DNA of 64,000 nucleotides from Eubacteriales bacterium (GCA_045629745.1 JAZQRU010000042.1:100039-164038), one strand, 5' to 3'; positions 43,359 to 53,847 are shown, counted from the stretch's first letter. Notes: generated by a model from the sequence alone, not told the origin. Numbers and translations: made by a program.

Positions 43359-44753
43359 TTAGTATTCTGCGTTGCCGACTGTGCGAGGATACGGTATTAC
43401 GTCGCGTATGTTGGAAACACCCGTAAGGTACATAATGATACGCTCGAAGCCAAGACCGAAGCCTGCGTGCTTCGTTCCGCCAAACTTGCGGAGGTTCATA
43501 TACCACCAGTAATCCTCTTTGTTAAGTCCGAGCTCTTCCATTCTTGCTTCAAGAAGCTCAATTCTCTCTTCTCTTTGCGAGCCGCCGATTATTTCGCCGA
43601 CACCGGGAACGAGAAGGTCCATTGCGGCAACGGTTTTTCCGTCGTCATTCTGGCGCATATAGAAAGCCTTGATATTCTTGGGATAGTCAATAAGGAAGAT
43701 AGGCTTCTTGTAAACCTGTTCGGTAAGATATCTTTCGTGCTCGGTCTGAAGGTCAACGCCCCAGTATACAGGGAATTTGAAGTCCGCGCCGGACTTTTCA
43801 AGTATCTCTATTGCTTCAGTGTAAGTTACCTTTGCATAGTCTGCGTCGCGGAGCGCGGTAAGGCGAGATAGAAGCTCTTTATCAACGAATTTGTTGAAGA
43901 ACTCAAGCTCATGCGAGCAGTTATCCATTACGTGATTTATGATGTATTTTATCATATCCCACGCAAGCTCCATATCGTCGTTAAGGTCTGCGAATGCGAT
44001 TTCGGGCTCTATCATCCAGAATTCTGCCGCGTGACGCGCGGTGTTGGAGTTTTCTGCGCGGAAGGTAGGGCCAAATGTATAAATATTACCGAAAGCCATT
44101 GCGTAGGTTTCGCCTTCAAGCTGTCCCGATACGGTAAGGTTCGTGCTCTTTCCGAAGAAGTCCTTGGAGTAATCTACGCTTCCGTCCTCGTTTCTCGGAG
44201 GATTATCAATGTCAAGCGTGGTTACGCGGAACATCTCTCCTGCACCCTCTGCGTCAGAGCCTGTAATTATAGGTGTATGAACGTATACGAAGCCGCGCTT
44301 ATTGAAGAACGAGTGAATTGCGTAAGCAACCTCGCTTCTGACTCTGAAAACCGCGGAGAAGAGATTTGTTCTCGGGCGGAGATAAGCCTGCTCGCGAAGG
44401 AACTCGGGAGAGTGACGCTTAGGCTGGAGAGGATAGTCGGGAGTTGAGGTTCCCTCTACCTCAATTTTTGTCGCCTTGATTTCAAAGGGCTGCTTTGCTT
44501 CGGGGGTGAGAAGAACCGTACCCGTAACAACAAGCGCCGCGCCTACGTTCATTGAAGCTATCTCGTCATAATTATTTATAATTTCCCTCTCGAACACTAC
44601 CTGCACGCTTTTGAAGCAGGAGCCGTCGTTAAGGTCGATAAATCCAAAAGCCTTGGAATCGCGGAGGTTTCTTACCCATCCGCCAAGAGTTACGGTTTTG
44701 CCGCTGAAGCCTTGCATATCACCGTAAATGTGTTTGATGAGTTCTCTTTTCAT
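43359..44753 (-). CDS. asnS: asparagine--tRNA ligase
   Basis: 464 aa, class IIb aaRS. OB-fold N-domain, motif 2/3 blocks (FRAE...[31 protein letters not shown]). Confidence 0.9.
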   Translation of the reverse strand: MKRELIKHIYGDMQGFSGKTVTLGGWVRNLRDSKAFGFIDLNDGSCFKSVQVVFEREIINNYDEIASMNVGAALVVTGTVLLTPEAKQPFEIKATKIEVEGTSTPDYPLQPKRHSPEFLREQAYLRPRTNLFSAVFRVRSEVAYAIHSFFNKRGFVYVHTPIITGSDAEGAGEMFRVTTLDIDNPPRNEDGSVDYSKDFFGKSTNLTVSGQLEGETYAMAFGNIYTFGPTFRAENSNTARHAAEFWMIEPEIAFADLNDDMELAWDMIKYIINHVMDNCSHELEFFNKFVDKELLSRLTALRDADYAKVTYTEAIEILEKSGADFKFPVYWGVDLQTEHERYLTEQVYKKPIFLIDYPKNIKAFYMRQNDDGKTVAAMDLLVPGVGEIIGGSQREERIELLEARMEELGLNKEDYWWYMNLRKFGGTKHAGFGLGFERIIMYLTGVSNIRDVIPYPRTVGNAEY

Positions 44754-44792
44754 TTTAAAAAATCCTTTTGCTAAATATTGCTATAATGTAAT

Positions 44793-44821
44793 AGTATATC
44801 ACAGAAAAAGCATCTTTTCAA
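44793..44821 (-). promoter_or_regulatory. sigma-A-type promoter of asnS
   Basis: Minus strand: TTGAAA (rc of 44816-44821), 17 nt, TGaTATACT (rc of 44793-44798). It overlaps the mgtE terminator hairpin (44805-44830). Confidence 0.6.
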
Positions 44822-44847
44822 TGCTTTTTAAAATTTTTTAATAAAAA

Positions 44848-46263
44848 CTATACTCCGAGCAAGCTTTTTGCCACGACAAAGTACAGAATAAGAGAAAGCA
44901 CGTCAACCAGCGTAGTTATAACGGGAGATGCCATAACAGCAGGGTCAAGACCGATTTTTTTGGCAACAAGCGGCAGACTCGCACCGACGAGCTTTGCCGT
45001 TACAACAACGGCGGCAAGCGACAGGGATACAACGATGGTAACCCCCTGTGTGATAGCCGGATTTTGCATCACGTATCTGTCAATAAGCATTAGCTTTAAA
45101 AAGGCGGCACCGCCTAAAACCGCGCCAACTAAAAGCGACAAACGAAACTCGCGAAAAATGACACGGGGTAGCTCTTTAAAGGAAATTTCGCCAAGAGATA
45201 TTCCGCGTATAACCGTGACGGAGCTTTGCGCCCCCGCGTTACCGCCCGTTCCCATAAGCATAGGAGCGAAGAGCAAAAGGACCGCAGGAAGAACTCCCTC
45301 AAAGCGTCCGAGAATTGCGCTTGCAAAGCTTGAAGAAAGCATAAGGAGAAGAAGCCACGGTATTCTTGATTTAAAAAGCTTATAAAGCGGAGTTTTTAAA
45401 TATGCCTCTTCCGTAGGAGTTATAGCCGCCATCTTTGCAAAATCCTCTTCCGCGGCATCTGAGATAACGCCTATAGCGTCGTCAAGGGTTATAATACCGA
45501 CGAGGCGCATTTCCGCATCCACGACGGGAAGAGCAAGAAATCCGTGCTTCTCAAATCGCAGCGCAACGCTCTCTTTTTCTTCACCCGTACCTACGAAAAT
45601 GACGTTTTCCTCCATTATTTCGTAAAGCTTTTGAGATAGCTCAGAGATAAGAAGCTCCTTTGCGGTTACAATACCTATAAGGCGTCTGTCGCTGTCGGTT
45701 ACGTAACAGGTGTATATAGTTTCCTTATCTATCGCAACGCGCCTTATATGAAGAAGCGCATCTGCTACCGTCATTTCTCTTGTGAAGCGCACGTATTCCG
45801 TTGTCATAAGCGAGCCGGCGGAGTCCTTGGGATAACAAAGAAGCTTATTTATAACGTCTCTTTTCTCTTTGGTCGAAGCTCTTAAAATACGTTTAACGAC
45901 ATTTGCGGGCATTTCCTCAATAATATCAACCGTATCGTCGATGTAAAGCTCGGAAAGGACCTCGGAAAGCTCTCTGTCGGTGAACAAATTTACAAGCTCG
46001 TGTCTTTCCTCCGCGCCCATTTCAACGAAAACCTCTGCCGCCGCGTCCTTCGGCAAAAGACGGAAGAAAACCGCATATTTATCACGAGGCACGTTATACA
46101 TCATTTCGGCAATATCCGCAGAGGGAATTCCGTCTATCATTTCACGGAAGCTTTTATATTCCCGTTTTTCTATAAGCTCCACGAACTTTTCCGCGTAATA
46201 TTCTCTCTCCTCGAATACCGCAAGCTCGTGTCTTTCCTCAAAATCGTTTCTAAAATCATTCAT
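44848..46263 (-). CDS. mgtE: magnesium transporter MgtE
   Basis: 471 aa. N-domain, tandem CBS region, and C-terminal 5-TM domain with GTGGNAGAQS and PVITTLVD signature blocks. Confidence 0.9.
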   Translation of the reverse strand: MNDFRNDFEERHELAVFEEREYYAEKFVELIEKREYKSFREMIDGIPSADIAEMMYNVPRDKYAVFFRLLPKDAAAEVFVEMGAEERHELVNLFTDRELSEVLSELYIDDTVDIIEEMPANVVKRILRASTKEKRDVINKLLCYPKDSAGSLMTTEYVRFTREMTVADALLHIRRVAIDKETIYTCYVTDSDRRLIGIVTAKELLISELSQKLYEIMEENVIFVGTGEEKESVALRFEKHGFLALPVVDAEMRLVGIITLDDAIGVISDAAEEDFAKMAAITPTEEAYLKTPLYKLFKSRIPWLLLLMLSSSFASAILGRFEGVLPAVLLLFAPMLMGTGGNAGAQSSVTVIRGISLGEISFKELPRVIFREFRLSLLVGAVLGGAAFLKLMLIDRYVMQNPAITQGVTIVVSLSLAAVVVTAKLVGASLPLVAKKIGLDPAVMASPVITTLVDVLSLILYFVVAKSLLGV

Positions 46264-46451
46264 TTTTTAGCACCCGCCTTTCTTGCTTTTTCTGAGCGAA
46301 CAAATCAAACTCCTTCAAGCAGACGCAAAAAAAGCGCCCGCAATTGCGAGCGCAAAAGAGCTCCGAAATTTAGTCCTCGGAGATAAATGCGACCGCAAAA
46401 GGATATAAGTATTCAAAATTAAAACTTCGACTGCCCAATAACATTGCGGTC
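46264..46451 (-). promoter_or_regulatory. structured 5' leader of mgtE with an internal rho-independent terminator (attenuator / riboswitch candidate)
   Basis: On the minus-strand RNA: 8-bp long-range helix (rc 46444-46451 with rc 46391-46398) and hairpin CTCCGA/TCGGAG (46361-46382). Then GCGC.CGCaattGCG.GCGC (46334-46353) followed by U7 (46327-46333), about 60 nt before the start codon. Confidence 0.5.
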
Positions 46452-46501
46452 ACCTCCATAAATCAATTTACAATTTATTCTAACACCGTTTTTGTCAAAT
46501 G

Positions 46502-47911
46502 TCAATACCCGGCTTCTATAATTTTCCCCTTTACGCCTTCAAGGTTTGCGGCTCCCATTATTATTATAGCTCCGTCAAGCTCTTTTATTTCCTTTAAAAT
46601 TTCTTCGTCGGGAAGAGCTTTTGCGCCATCACCTATTGCCCGTGCCAAATTTTCCGATGTTATTCCGTCGATTTTGTTTTCACGTATCGCATCTATTTCA
46701 GAAATAAATACTCTATCCGCAAGACCTAAGGAAATCGCAAAGGCATCAAATAGGTCGCGTGTTCTCGTATAGGTATGAGGCTTGAAAATTACGTTTATTT
46801 TGCCCTTATAGCAGTCCCTTGTGGCTAAAATGCCCGATTTTATTTCGCTTGGATGGTGAGCATAATCGTATATCACGGGAGCACCGTTTTTTCTTTTGTA
46901 TAAAAGCTCAAGCCGTCTTTCAATTCCCGAAAACTCAGAAAGAGATTTTGCTATAAGGCTTGGTGAAATTCCAAGAGAATAAGCCGCCGAAAATGCGGCA
47001 AGCGCGTTATAAACCGAAAATCTGCCTAATACGGAAAGCGAGATTTTAGCAAGCAACTCGCTGCCGCGTATTACGGAAAAGGAATACCTGCCGCAGTCGC
47101 TTTTGAGATTTATCGCCTTGATTTCCGCATCATTTTCTATTCCGTAGCTATGGCAAGGCACGCCCGAGCACGCCGCCAAGGAATAAAGCTCAGCGTCGTC
47201 TTTATTCACGCACAAACGCTTGGCTCTTTTCATTGCGGACAAAAACGAACGCCCTATATCGTCAAAGCTATGAAAATAATCCGTGTGGTCAAGCTCCAAA
47301 TTTAGAAAAACGGCTATATCGGGTGTGAATTTAAGGAACGAATCCTTATATTCGCAAGCTTCGAACACAAGATAACCCTTGTTATCATAAATATACGGCT
47401 CCCCTCCCTTGTTAAGATTTGCGCCCGATAGAGCGCTTGGAGAAAGTTTTGCGTCTGCAAGAATTTTTGTGAGCATTGACGTGACAGTGCTTTTTCCGTG
47501 AGAGCCAGACACAGAGATACGCGTTTTATATTCAATCGTAAGGTAAGCCATATATTCCGCTCGGGACACCGTGGGAATTCCAAGCTCCTCGCCAAGCCTT
47601 AATTCTTCGTCACTATCCGACACTGCAAGAGAATAAACCAAAAGGCTCGCACGGCGCACGGCTGCAAGGTTTTTCGGCACTTTAACGTCATAACCCTCAT
47701 TTATGAGCTTATCGGTCCTTTCCGAGCGATTTTTGTCGCTTCCTGACACCCTCCCCCCCCCAAGACGTGTGAAATTAAACAAAGAATACATTGAAATTCC
47801 GCCTACCCCGACGAAGTGTACCGCAGCTCCGTTTTTAGATAATGAATCCTTGATTTTTTCAAAACCTTGAGAAGAATTAAATTTCGACAAACAATTACCT
47901 CTTTTTTCCAT
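46502..47911 (-). CDS. murC: UDP-N-acetylmuramate--L-alanine ligase
   Basis: VHFVGVGGISMYSL N-terminal Rossmann motif, ISVSGSHGKSTVTSM P-loop, Mur ligase architecture. Confidence 0.88.
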   Translation of the reverse strand: MEKRGNCLSKFNSSQGFEKIKDSLSKNGAAVHFVGVGGISMYSLFNFTRLGGGRVSGSDKNRSERTDKLINEGYDVKVPKNLAAVRRASLLVYSLAVSDSDEELRLGEELGIPTVSRAEYMAYLTIEYKTRISVSGSHGKSTVTSMLTKILADAKLSPSALSGANLNKGGEPYIYDNKGYLVFEACEYKDSFLKFTPDIAVFLNLELDHTDYFHSFDDIGRSFLSAMKRAKRLCVNKDDAELYSLAACSGVPCHSYGIENDAEIKAINLKSDCGRYSFSVIRGSELLAKISLSVLGRFSVYNALAAFSAAYSLGISPSLIAKSLSEFSGIERRLELLYKRKNGAPVIYDYAHHPSEIKSGILATRDCYKGKINVIFKPHTYTRTRDLFDAFAISLGLADRVFISEIDAIRENKIDGITSENLARAIGDGAKALPDEEILKEIKELDGAIIIMGAANLEGVKGKIIEAGY

Positions 47912-48058
47912 TTTTTAAAAAAAGTTCACACGCAATTTTCAATTTTTAACATATAATTTATATTTTACGTTATCGGAATGTGAATATTATTAATATTCTT
48001 ATTGTAAAATATATGTATAAACTCAAAAAACGTACCAACAAAGGAAAGGATACCCACA

Positions 48059-48358
48059 ATGCAAATCACAGACATTAAAATCAGAAAGTTTTTCGACGAA
48101 GGACCTATGAAGGCAATAGTTTCCGTAACGCTCGGAGATTGCCTCGCTCTTCACGACGTTAAGGTCATCTATGCCCGCGACAGATACTTTATCGTTATGC
48201 CCTCAAGAAAGAACCCCGACGGAACGTACAGAGATATCGTTCATCCTATAAACGCGGATTTCAGACGCGAGCTTGAGGAAGCCGTTATTGACGCATACCA
48301 CGTTCAGCTCGTTGCAAACGAGCACGACGAGAGCGAAGACGGCGCGGTTATTCTTTAA
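48059..48358 (+). CDS. spoVG: septation protein SpoVG
   Basis: MQITDIKIRKF...MKAIVSVTLGDCLALHDVKVI...YFIVMPSRK..DGTYRDIVHPIN is the canonical SpoVG sequence pattern. Confidence 0.92.
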   Translation: MQITDIKIRKFFDEGPMKAIVSVTLGDCLALHDVKVIYARDRYFIVMPSRKNPDGTYRDIVHPINADFRRELEEAVIDAYHVQLVANEHDESEDGAVIL

Positions 48359-48474
48359 TCCGTTCTTTTATAAAGCTGAAAATTTAGGGCAGATTTTTGA
48401 AAAAACGAAAGCTGCCCAAAAGCATAAAAACGCAGAAGCTTTGGCTTAAGCCTTACTTCTGCGTTTTATTTTCA

Positions 48475-50076
48475 TTATACGGGAGCTGCTTCTACTGTAT
48501 GTTCTGCTATAGCTTCTGCCGTTTCTCTTTCTGTGCTCTCCGCGCCAATTGCTTCGGTGCTTTCTTCGGGCGAATCAAGAGTGGAATCCAAAATTTCAGG
48601 CTTTGCCGCCTCAGGCGGAGTTATTTTTTCAAGCTCGTTCCTCTCTTTTTTAGCCGAGGTTTTAGCTCCGAGTCTTTCGTTAAGCGCTTTCTGAGAGCGC
48701 GTAAGCTTCTTCTGGGCGAGAAGCGCCTCTCTTTGTATTTCGGTAAGCTCACTCTGGCGCTCTTCAAGGTTTTTCTGAAGCTCGAGAAGCTTATCGGCTG
48801 CCGTCATTGCGGTTTCAAGCGAATTTGCGACGTCGCTCTGCTTATCAAGGCTTGCTTTAAAGGCTTCAACGTTTGCGTTTGCGCCGTCAAGAAGACTTGC
48901 TATTTCATTTGATACCGCATTCTCAGCATCGCGAAGCTCTGCCTGACGCGAAAGCGCCACTGCCTGAGCCTCAACTATAATAGTCTGCTCCTCCGCAAGC
49001 TTCAACTGGTCACCGCCTATAACCTTCTGCGTTGCCTGTATTCCCTGAAGCTCGCGCGCGAGTGTTCTCTGCGTATCGGTTGCGTTCTTCATTGACTCCG
49101 TGAGTGTACGGGTTTTATCTTCAAGCTCTGAATACTTCGCGGTAAGCGCGGAAAGAGACGAAAGCATTGCGTCAATTTTTTCAAAAAGTGCGGAAAACTT
49201 TTCAAGCGCAAAGCTCTCGTCTTCAATTGCCTTATCAAGAGCCTCGCTTTCGACACCGCTTGTAGCACTGCGCTTCACTTCCGGGAATTCGTAATTTTCC
49301 GCGTACTCGCGAACCCTCTCGTCAAACGCCTTAGTAAAGCTATCGAAGAGAGAATCCACCGCAGAATTTACGTCTATTGATATAGGAGCTATATTAAAGC
49401 TCGGCATAGGCTGATAATACGCAGGGGGCATTCTGTAATCGTACCCGGGATAGTAAGGCGGATATGGCGGATACGGTGCTCCGTAAGGATTTGGACCGTA
49501 ACGGTGCGCTCCCTCATCGCCTCTGCGTCTTGCTTCATCTCCGCGCGCATCCTTGCGTGGTGCGTCGGTCTTCAGCTTTTCTTCGCGCTCTTCAAAACCG
49601 TCACCCTCAATAGTTTCCTTAGCCAAAGCTATTTCCTCGCAAGAATCAAGCTTATTGTAAATCTGCAAAAGTTGTTTTCTCGAAAGCTTATCGAACTTTT
49701 CGCCGTCGGATATAGCGCGCTTAGCTTCCTTGCGCTTACCCTCGTAATTATAGTAGTCCGAAAGCTTGGAATAAAGCGAATCGATTTCATCAAGAGCTTT
49801 AGTAATAGAGGTGTAGCTCTGGTAGCATTTTCTGTATGCACTCTGATATTCAATTACAAAGCTTTCAAGCTTATCAAGCTTTTTTGAGCTTGCTCTTTTC
49901 TCGGTTTTAGATTTGATTGCCAGAAGCTTTTTATCCATTGAGCAAAAATCCAAAACCTGAGATCTGAATTGCTTGATAGCGTAGGGAATTTCGCCACTCA
50001 TAGTTTCGATTCTTCTTACGATATCGAAATGACTCGCGCCTGTCTCACCCTTTTTTGCTGCAAAATCATTCATCAA
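48475..50076 (-). CDS. hypothetical coiled-coil protein with a Pro/Tyr-rich central segment
   Basis: 533-aa ORF with no signal peptide. Central GPNPYGAPYPPYPPYYPGYDYRMPPAYYQP segment. The C-terminal ~230 aa are heptad-rich. It overlaps the upstream TRIC gene by 11 nt. Confidence 0.7.
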   Translation of the reverse strand: MMNDFAAKKGETGASHFDIVRRIETMSGEIPYAIKQFRSQVLDFCSMDKKLLAIKSKTEKRASSKKLDKLESFVIEYQSAYRKCYQSYTSITKALDEIDSLYSKLSDYYNYEGKRKEAKRAISDGEKFDKLSRKQLLQIYNKLDSCEEIALAKETIEGDGFEEREEKLKTDAPRKDARGDEARRRGDEGAHRYGPNPYGAPYPPYPPYYPGYDYRMPPAYYQPMPSFNIAPISIDVNSAVDSLFDSFTKAFDERVREYAENYEFPEVKRSATSGVESEALDKAIEDESFALEKFSALFEKIDAMLSSLSALTAKYSELEDKTRTLTESMKNATDTQRTLARELQGIQATQKVIGGDQLKLAEEQTIIVEAQAVALSRQAELRDAENAVSNEIASLLDGANANVEAFKASLDKQSDVANSLETAMTAADKLLELQKNLEERQSELTEIQREALLAQKKLTRSQKALNERLGAKTSAKKERNELEKITPPEAAKPEILDSTLDSPEESTEAIGAESTERETAEAIAEHTVEAAPV

Positions 50077-50746
50077 AATTATCCTCCGTTAGTTGTTCCG
50101 AAGCCCTGAGCTTCTCGAAATCTATTGCCTTTGGAAAATTCCACTTAAAAACCGTGGCTAACATTCTTACAGAAAATACCAAAATCGCCGATATCAGCAT
50201 CGCAGCTATTTCGTTAAGATTAAACTTCATCATTACCCAATAGCAAACGCTGCCAGAAAGCGCAGCGAAAGCATAAACGCGCTTCTTAAGTATAAAAGGA
50301 ATTTCCCTTAAGCAAAACGCTCTTATCATACTTCCGCCGACACAGGTCAGCATACCCATAATCACGGCAATGAAAAAGCTGTCGTACCCAAGCTCCATCG
50401 TAATCTTAGTACCGGATACAGCGAACACTCCTATACCCATCGCGTCAAAAACGTTGTTTATCCTCTCAATAAGCGCTTCGTTTTCAACGAATTTGCTTTT
50501 GAATATTACCGCCATAGCAAAAACTGCAAGAGAAGATAAGACGCATACTATCAGAAGAAGATAGCTTGTAAAGAAATCGGGAACCTTATTTAGCATAACA
50601 TCTCTTATAATACCGCCGCCAAAGGTAGTGGTTATAGCTAGGAATACTACGCCGAAAAGGTCGGTTTCCTTGTTTATCGCCTCAATTGCGCCTGTAACAG
50701 CAAAGGAAACGACTCCTATGATTTCAATGATAGTGAACACCGTCAT
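50066..50746 (-). CDS. trimeric intracellular cation channel (TRIC / UPF0126, YadS-like) family protein
   Basis: Two UPF0126 repeats (GVVSFAVTGAIEA...TTFGGGIIRDVML and GIGVFAVSG...TCVGGSMIRAF). Confidence 0.8.
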   Translation of the reverse strand: MTVFTIIEIIGVVSFAVTGAIEAINKETDLFGVVFLAITTTFGGGIIRDVMLNKVPDFFTSYLLLIVCVLSSLAVFAMAVIFKSKFVENEALIERINNVFDAMGIGVFAVSGTKITMELGYDSFFIAVIMGMLTCVGGSMIRAFCLREIPFILKKRVYAFAALSGSVCYWVMMKFNLNEIAAMLISAILVFSVRMLATVFKWNFPKAIDFEKLRASEQLTEDNFDE

Positions 50747-51315
50747 AGTTTTTCAAGAAGGGCGTCGAGCGCACGTCTTCTGTGGCTCACCGCATTCTTC
50801 TCCTCCTCACTCATTTCGGCAACCGTCCTATTCTCTCCCTTGAGAACGAACAAGGGATCGTATCCGAAGCCACCGTTACCACGCGGTGAGGCGGTTATAT
50901 CACCGTACATATATCCTTCCGAAAAAACGTGCGTGCCATCGGGATAAACGAGAGATATTGCGCAGGTATAGTGCGCGTCTCTTTCCGTTTTTCCCGAGAG
51001 CTTTTCAAGAACGAGGGCGTTATTTGCCTCGTCGTTTCCGTGCTCGCCCGCAAATCTTGCGCTGAATATTCCCGGCGCTCCGTCAAGGGCGTCAATACAA
51101 ATTCCGCTATCGTCGGCAAGGCTTGCAGCTCCGGATATTTCCGCGATTTCGCGCGCCTTTTTATACGCATTCTCGGCAAATGTAGTTCCGTCTTCCACTG
51201 TTTCGTGGTCAATTCCCGCTTCGCGAAGCGAAACTATCTCCTCAAATTTTGAGCCGAGAATTTCTTTGATTTCTCTGATTTTATGCTTATTGTTTGACGC
51301 TATTATGAGCCTCAT
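50743..51315 (-). CDS. rdgB: XTP/dITP diphosphatase (RdgB/HAM1 family)
   Basis: MRLIIASNNKHKIREI...EDGTTF.ENA.KKA...LADDSG...PGI.SAR...GFGYDPLF...AEMS.EEKN..SHR signature. Confidence 0.88.
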   Translation of the reverse strand: MRLIIASNNKHKIREIKEILGSKFEEIVSLREAGIDHETVEDGTTFAENAYKKAREIAEISGAASLADDSGICIDALDGAPGIFSARFAGEHGNDEANNALVLEKLSGKTERDAHYTCAISLVYPDGTHVFSEGYMYGDITASPRGNGGFGYDPLFVLKGENRTVAEMSEEEKNAVSHRRRALDALLEKL

Positions 51316-51348
51316 ATATTTCCAAAAGCCGTAAGGCTTATTCCTTTT

Positions 51349-53022
51349 TTAGAAAAGTCCTGAAATTTTGCCGTTTTCGTCAACGTCAATTCTCTCTGCC
51401 GCGGGAATCTTGGGAAGCCCCGGCATAGTCATTATATCTCCCGTAAGAACTACGATAAAGCCTGCGCCTGCGGAAACCTTAACGTTCTTTATCGTTACCG
51501 TGAAGCCGTCTGGCGCTCCAAGCTTTGATGGATCGTCGGAGAAAGAATATTGCGTTTTTGCAATACAAACGGGAAGCTTTCCAAAGCCGAGAGCTTCAAG
51601 CGTTGCTATCTGCTTTTTCGCCTGAGGAGTTACCGCAATGCCCTCACCGCTGTAAATCTTTTTAACGACTGCCTCAATTTTTTTCTCTATAGGCAAATCA
51701 AGCTCGTAAGAATAGGTAAAATCTCCTTTTTCTTCCTCGCAAAGCCTTACGACCTCGCGCGCAAGGGCCTCGCCGCCGCGTCCGCCCTCTGCCCAGACGG
51801 TCGAAAGGACTACGTTAACTCCGAGCTTCTTGCACTCGTTTATGATAAACTCGATCTCGGCATCGGTATCAGTCGGAAATCTGTTGACGGCTACAACCGA
51901 GGGAAGCTTATATACGTTTTTGATGTTCGACACGTGGCGAAGAAGGTTGGGAATTCCTTTTTTGAGCGCCTCGAGATTTTCGTATCCAAGCTCGGTTTTT
52001 GCAAGACCACCGTGCATCTTAAGCGCTCTTACGGTTGCAACGATAACGACAGCAGAGGGCGTTAAGTCTGCCATACGGCACTTGATGTCAAGGAATTTCT
52101 CTGCGCCGAGATCCGCACCGAAGCCCGCTTCCGTAATTGCATAGTCCGCAATTTTAAGCGCGGTTTTAGTCGCGATAACGGAATTGCAGCCGTGTGCGAT
52201 ATTCGCGAAAGGTCCGCCGTGAACGAATGCGGGCGTGCCCTCGAGAGTCTGAACGAGATTAGGCTTTAATGCATCTTTAAGAAGCGCCGCCATAGCGCCT
52301 GCCGCCTTTAAGTCACCCGCAGTTACGGGCTTTTCGTCATAAGTATAGGCAACTATGATTCTTGCAAGGCGTTCCTTCAAGTCGGAAATCGAATTTGAAA
52401 GACAAATCACCGCCATTATTTCGGAGGCAACCGTTATATCGTAGCTATCCTCTCTGGGAACTCCGTTTACTCTGCCGCCAAGTCCGTCCGTCACGAAGCG
52501 GAGCTGACGGTCGTTCATATCTACGCATCTGTGCCAGGTTATTCTTCTGGGATCTATGTTAAGTGCGTTGCCTTGATAAATATGGTTATCAAGCATTGCG
52601 GCAAGAAGATTATTAGCCGCGCCTATTGCGTGGAAGTCACCCGTGAAATGAAGGTTTATATCCTCCATAGGAATTACCTGTGCCCATCCACCGCCCGCGG
52701 CGCCGCCCTTAACTCCAAAAACAGGACCTAACGATGGCTCGCGAAGCGCAACGGCAACGCTCTTACCGATTCTCTTCATTCCATCGGCAAGTCCTATCGT
52801 AGTCGTGGTTTTACCTTCGCCAGCAGGAGTCGGAGTTATAGCCGTTACCAAAACGAGTTTTCCCGTTTTTGCATTTTCTCTGTCTGAAATAAGCGAAAGA
52901 TCAAGCTTCGCCTTGTTTCTTCCGTAAAGCTCAACGTACTTTTCTTCAATGCCTGCCGAAGACGCAATGTCCATAATATATTTAGGTGTGCAGGACTGAG
53001 CAATTTCAATATCGGTCATCAT
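51349..53022 (-). CDS. fhs: formate--tetrahydrofolate ligase
   Basis: 557 aa. [17 protein letters not shown]-loop and the highly conserved FTHFS blocks throughout. Confidence 0.93.
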   Translation of the reverse strand: MMTDIEIAQSCTPKYIMDIASSAGIEEKYVELYGRNKAKLDLSLISDRENAKTGKLVLVTAITPTPAGEGKTTTTIGLADGMKRIGKSVAVALREPSLGPVFGVKGGAAGGGWAQVIPMEDINLHFTGDFHAIGAANNLLAAMLDNHIYQGNALNIDPRRITWHRCVDMNDRQLRFVTDGLGGRVNGVPREDSYDITVASEIMAVICLSNSISDLKERLARIIVAYTYDEKPVTAGDLKAAGAMAALLKDALKPNLVQTLEGTPAFVHGGPFANIAHGCNSVIATKTALKIADYAITEAGFGADLGAEKFLDIKCRMADLTPSAVVIVATVRALKMHGGLAKTELGYENLEALKKGIPNLLRHVSNIKNVYKLPSVVAVNRFPTDTDAEIEFIINECKKLGVNVVLSTVWAEGGRGGEALAREVVRLCEEEKGDFTYSYELDLPIEKKIEAVVKKIYSGEGIAVTPQAKKQIATLEALGFGKLPVCIAKTQYSFSDDPSKLGAPDGFTVTIKNVKVSAGAGFIVVLTGDIMTMPGLPKIPAAERIDVDENGKISGLF

Positions 53023-53149
53023 TATATAGACCTCCCGAAGTTAGTTTTTTTCCATTTTAATTATACAATATATAATCTTTAATGTCAATATTTTAAAAGA
53101 TTTTATTTTCCGCGCGTGCGAAGGGAATAAAATATTTTTGAAAAAGCCC

Positions 53150-53178
53150 TTGACAACGCAAAAAAACAGTTGTATAAT
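53150..53178 (+). promoter_or_regulatory. sigma-A-type promoter of the yceD-rpmF operon
   Basis: TTGACA 53150-53155, 17 nt, TATAAT 53173-53178. This shows that the track ORF start at 53170 is inside the promoter. Confidence 0.7.
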
Positions 53179-53262
53179 ATAGTGTACGATTTTGGGGACT
53201 ATAGCCTAAACTATGCCCAAACGTCGAAAAAGACTATTTTGTCCATAGTCGGGAGGTATTCC

Positions 53263-53811
53263 GTGAAGCTTGATTTAAGACCTTTGTTAAACGGTGAAAG
53301 ACTGTTGACTTTTGGCTACGAGCTTATGGTTGATACCTGTCCCGAGGATACGACGAGCTTCCTTTATGGTGTGCGTTTTCCTTCTCCCATGAAGGTCTAT
53401 GGCGACATTACCAACACAGCTGGTTATATGCGTATGCAGCTTCACATGTCGGTGGATTACGAAGCCGAATGTGCAAGATGTCTTGCGCCTGTTAACGGCA
53501 GTTTCGCACTTGACCTTGAGAAAACGGTAGCCACGAGGGATATGCTGGTCGGTCTTGACGAAGACAGACTGGATGACTACGCGATTATCGAAGACGGATT
53601 TCTTGATATGGACGAGCAGCTCCGCGAACAGATGGAGATTGAGTTCCCTATAAGATTCCTCTGCAAAGACGATTGCTTGGGTTTGTGTTCAAAATGCGGC
53701 AAAAATCTGAATGAGGGCGAATGCTCGTGCGAGAAAAAAGAAATTGATCCGCGCCTTTTACCGCTTCAGAAATTGCTCGAGGAAATGAAAAATAATAATA
53801 AAGATATATGA
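53263..53811 (+). CDS. yceD: YceD/DUF177 family protein (large-subunit rRNA accumulation protein)
   Basis: GTG at 53263 after a GGGAGG RBS. C-terminal CKDDCLGLCSKCGKNLNEGECSC and IDPRLLPL blocks. Conserved position directly upstream of rpmF. Confidence 0.8.
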   Translation: MKLDLRPLLNGERLLTFGYELMVDTCPEDTTSFLYGVRFPSPMKVYGDITNTAGYMRMQLHMSVDYEAECARCLAPVNGSFALDLEKTVATRDMLVGLDEDRLDDYAIIEDGFLDMDEQLREQMEIEFPIRFLCKDDCLGLCSKCGKNLNEGECSCEKKEIDPRLLPLQKLLEEMKNNNKDI

Positions 53812-53847
53812 GTTGCATTTCGCAGACTCACGTAGGAGGAAATCACA

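Noticed and set aside
44754-44847. Possible T-box leader upstream of asnS.
   Set aside because: Only ~94 nt separate asnS from mgtE, and these are occupied by the mgtE terminator and the asnS promoter. The remaining ~40-nt leader is far too short for a T-box.
46264-46451. Calling the mgtE leader an M-box riboswitch outright.
   Set aside because: Context and the internal terminator fit. However, I could not align the conserved M-box sequence blocks by eye and the leader seems short. It is therefore reported only as an attenuator/riboswitch candidate.
48397-48912. Plus-strand ORF of 171 aa.
   Set aside because: It fully overlaps the 3' part of the 533-aa minus-strand ORF. The translation is Phe/Cys/Leu/Arg-rich nonsense with no RBS. 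It is an antisense artefact of the Ala/Glu/Leu-rich coiled-coil coding region.
53023-53149. Possible ZTP (pfl) or THF riboswitch upstream of fhs.
   Set aside because: A consensus promoter (TTGACA-17-TATAAT on the minus strand) sits only ~45 nt from the start codon, leaving no room for an aptamer.
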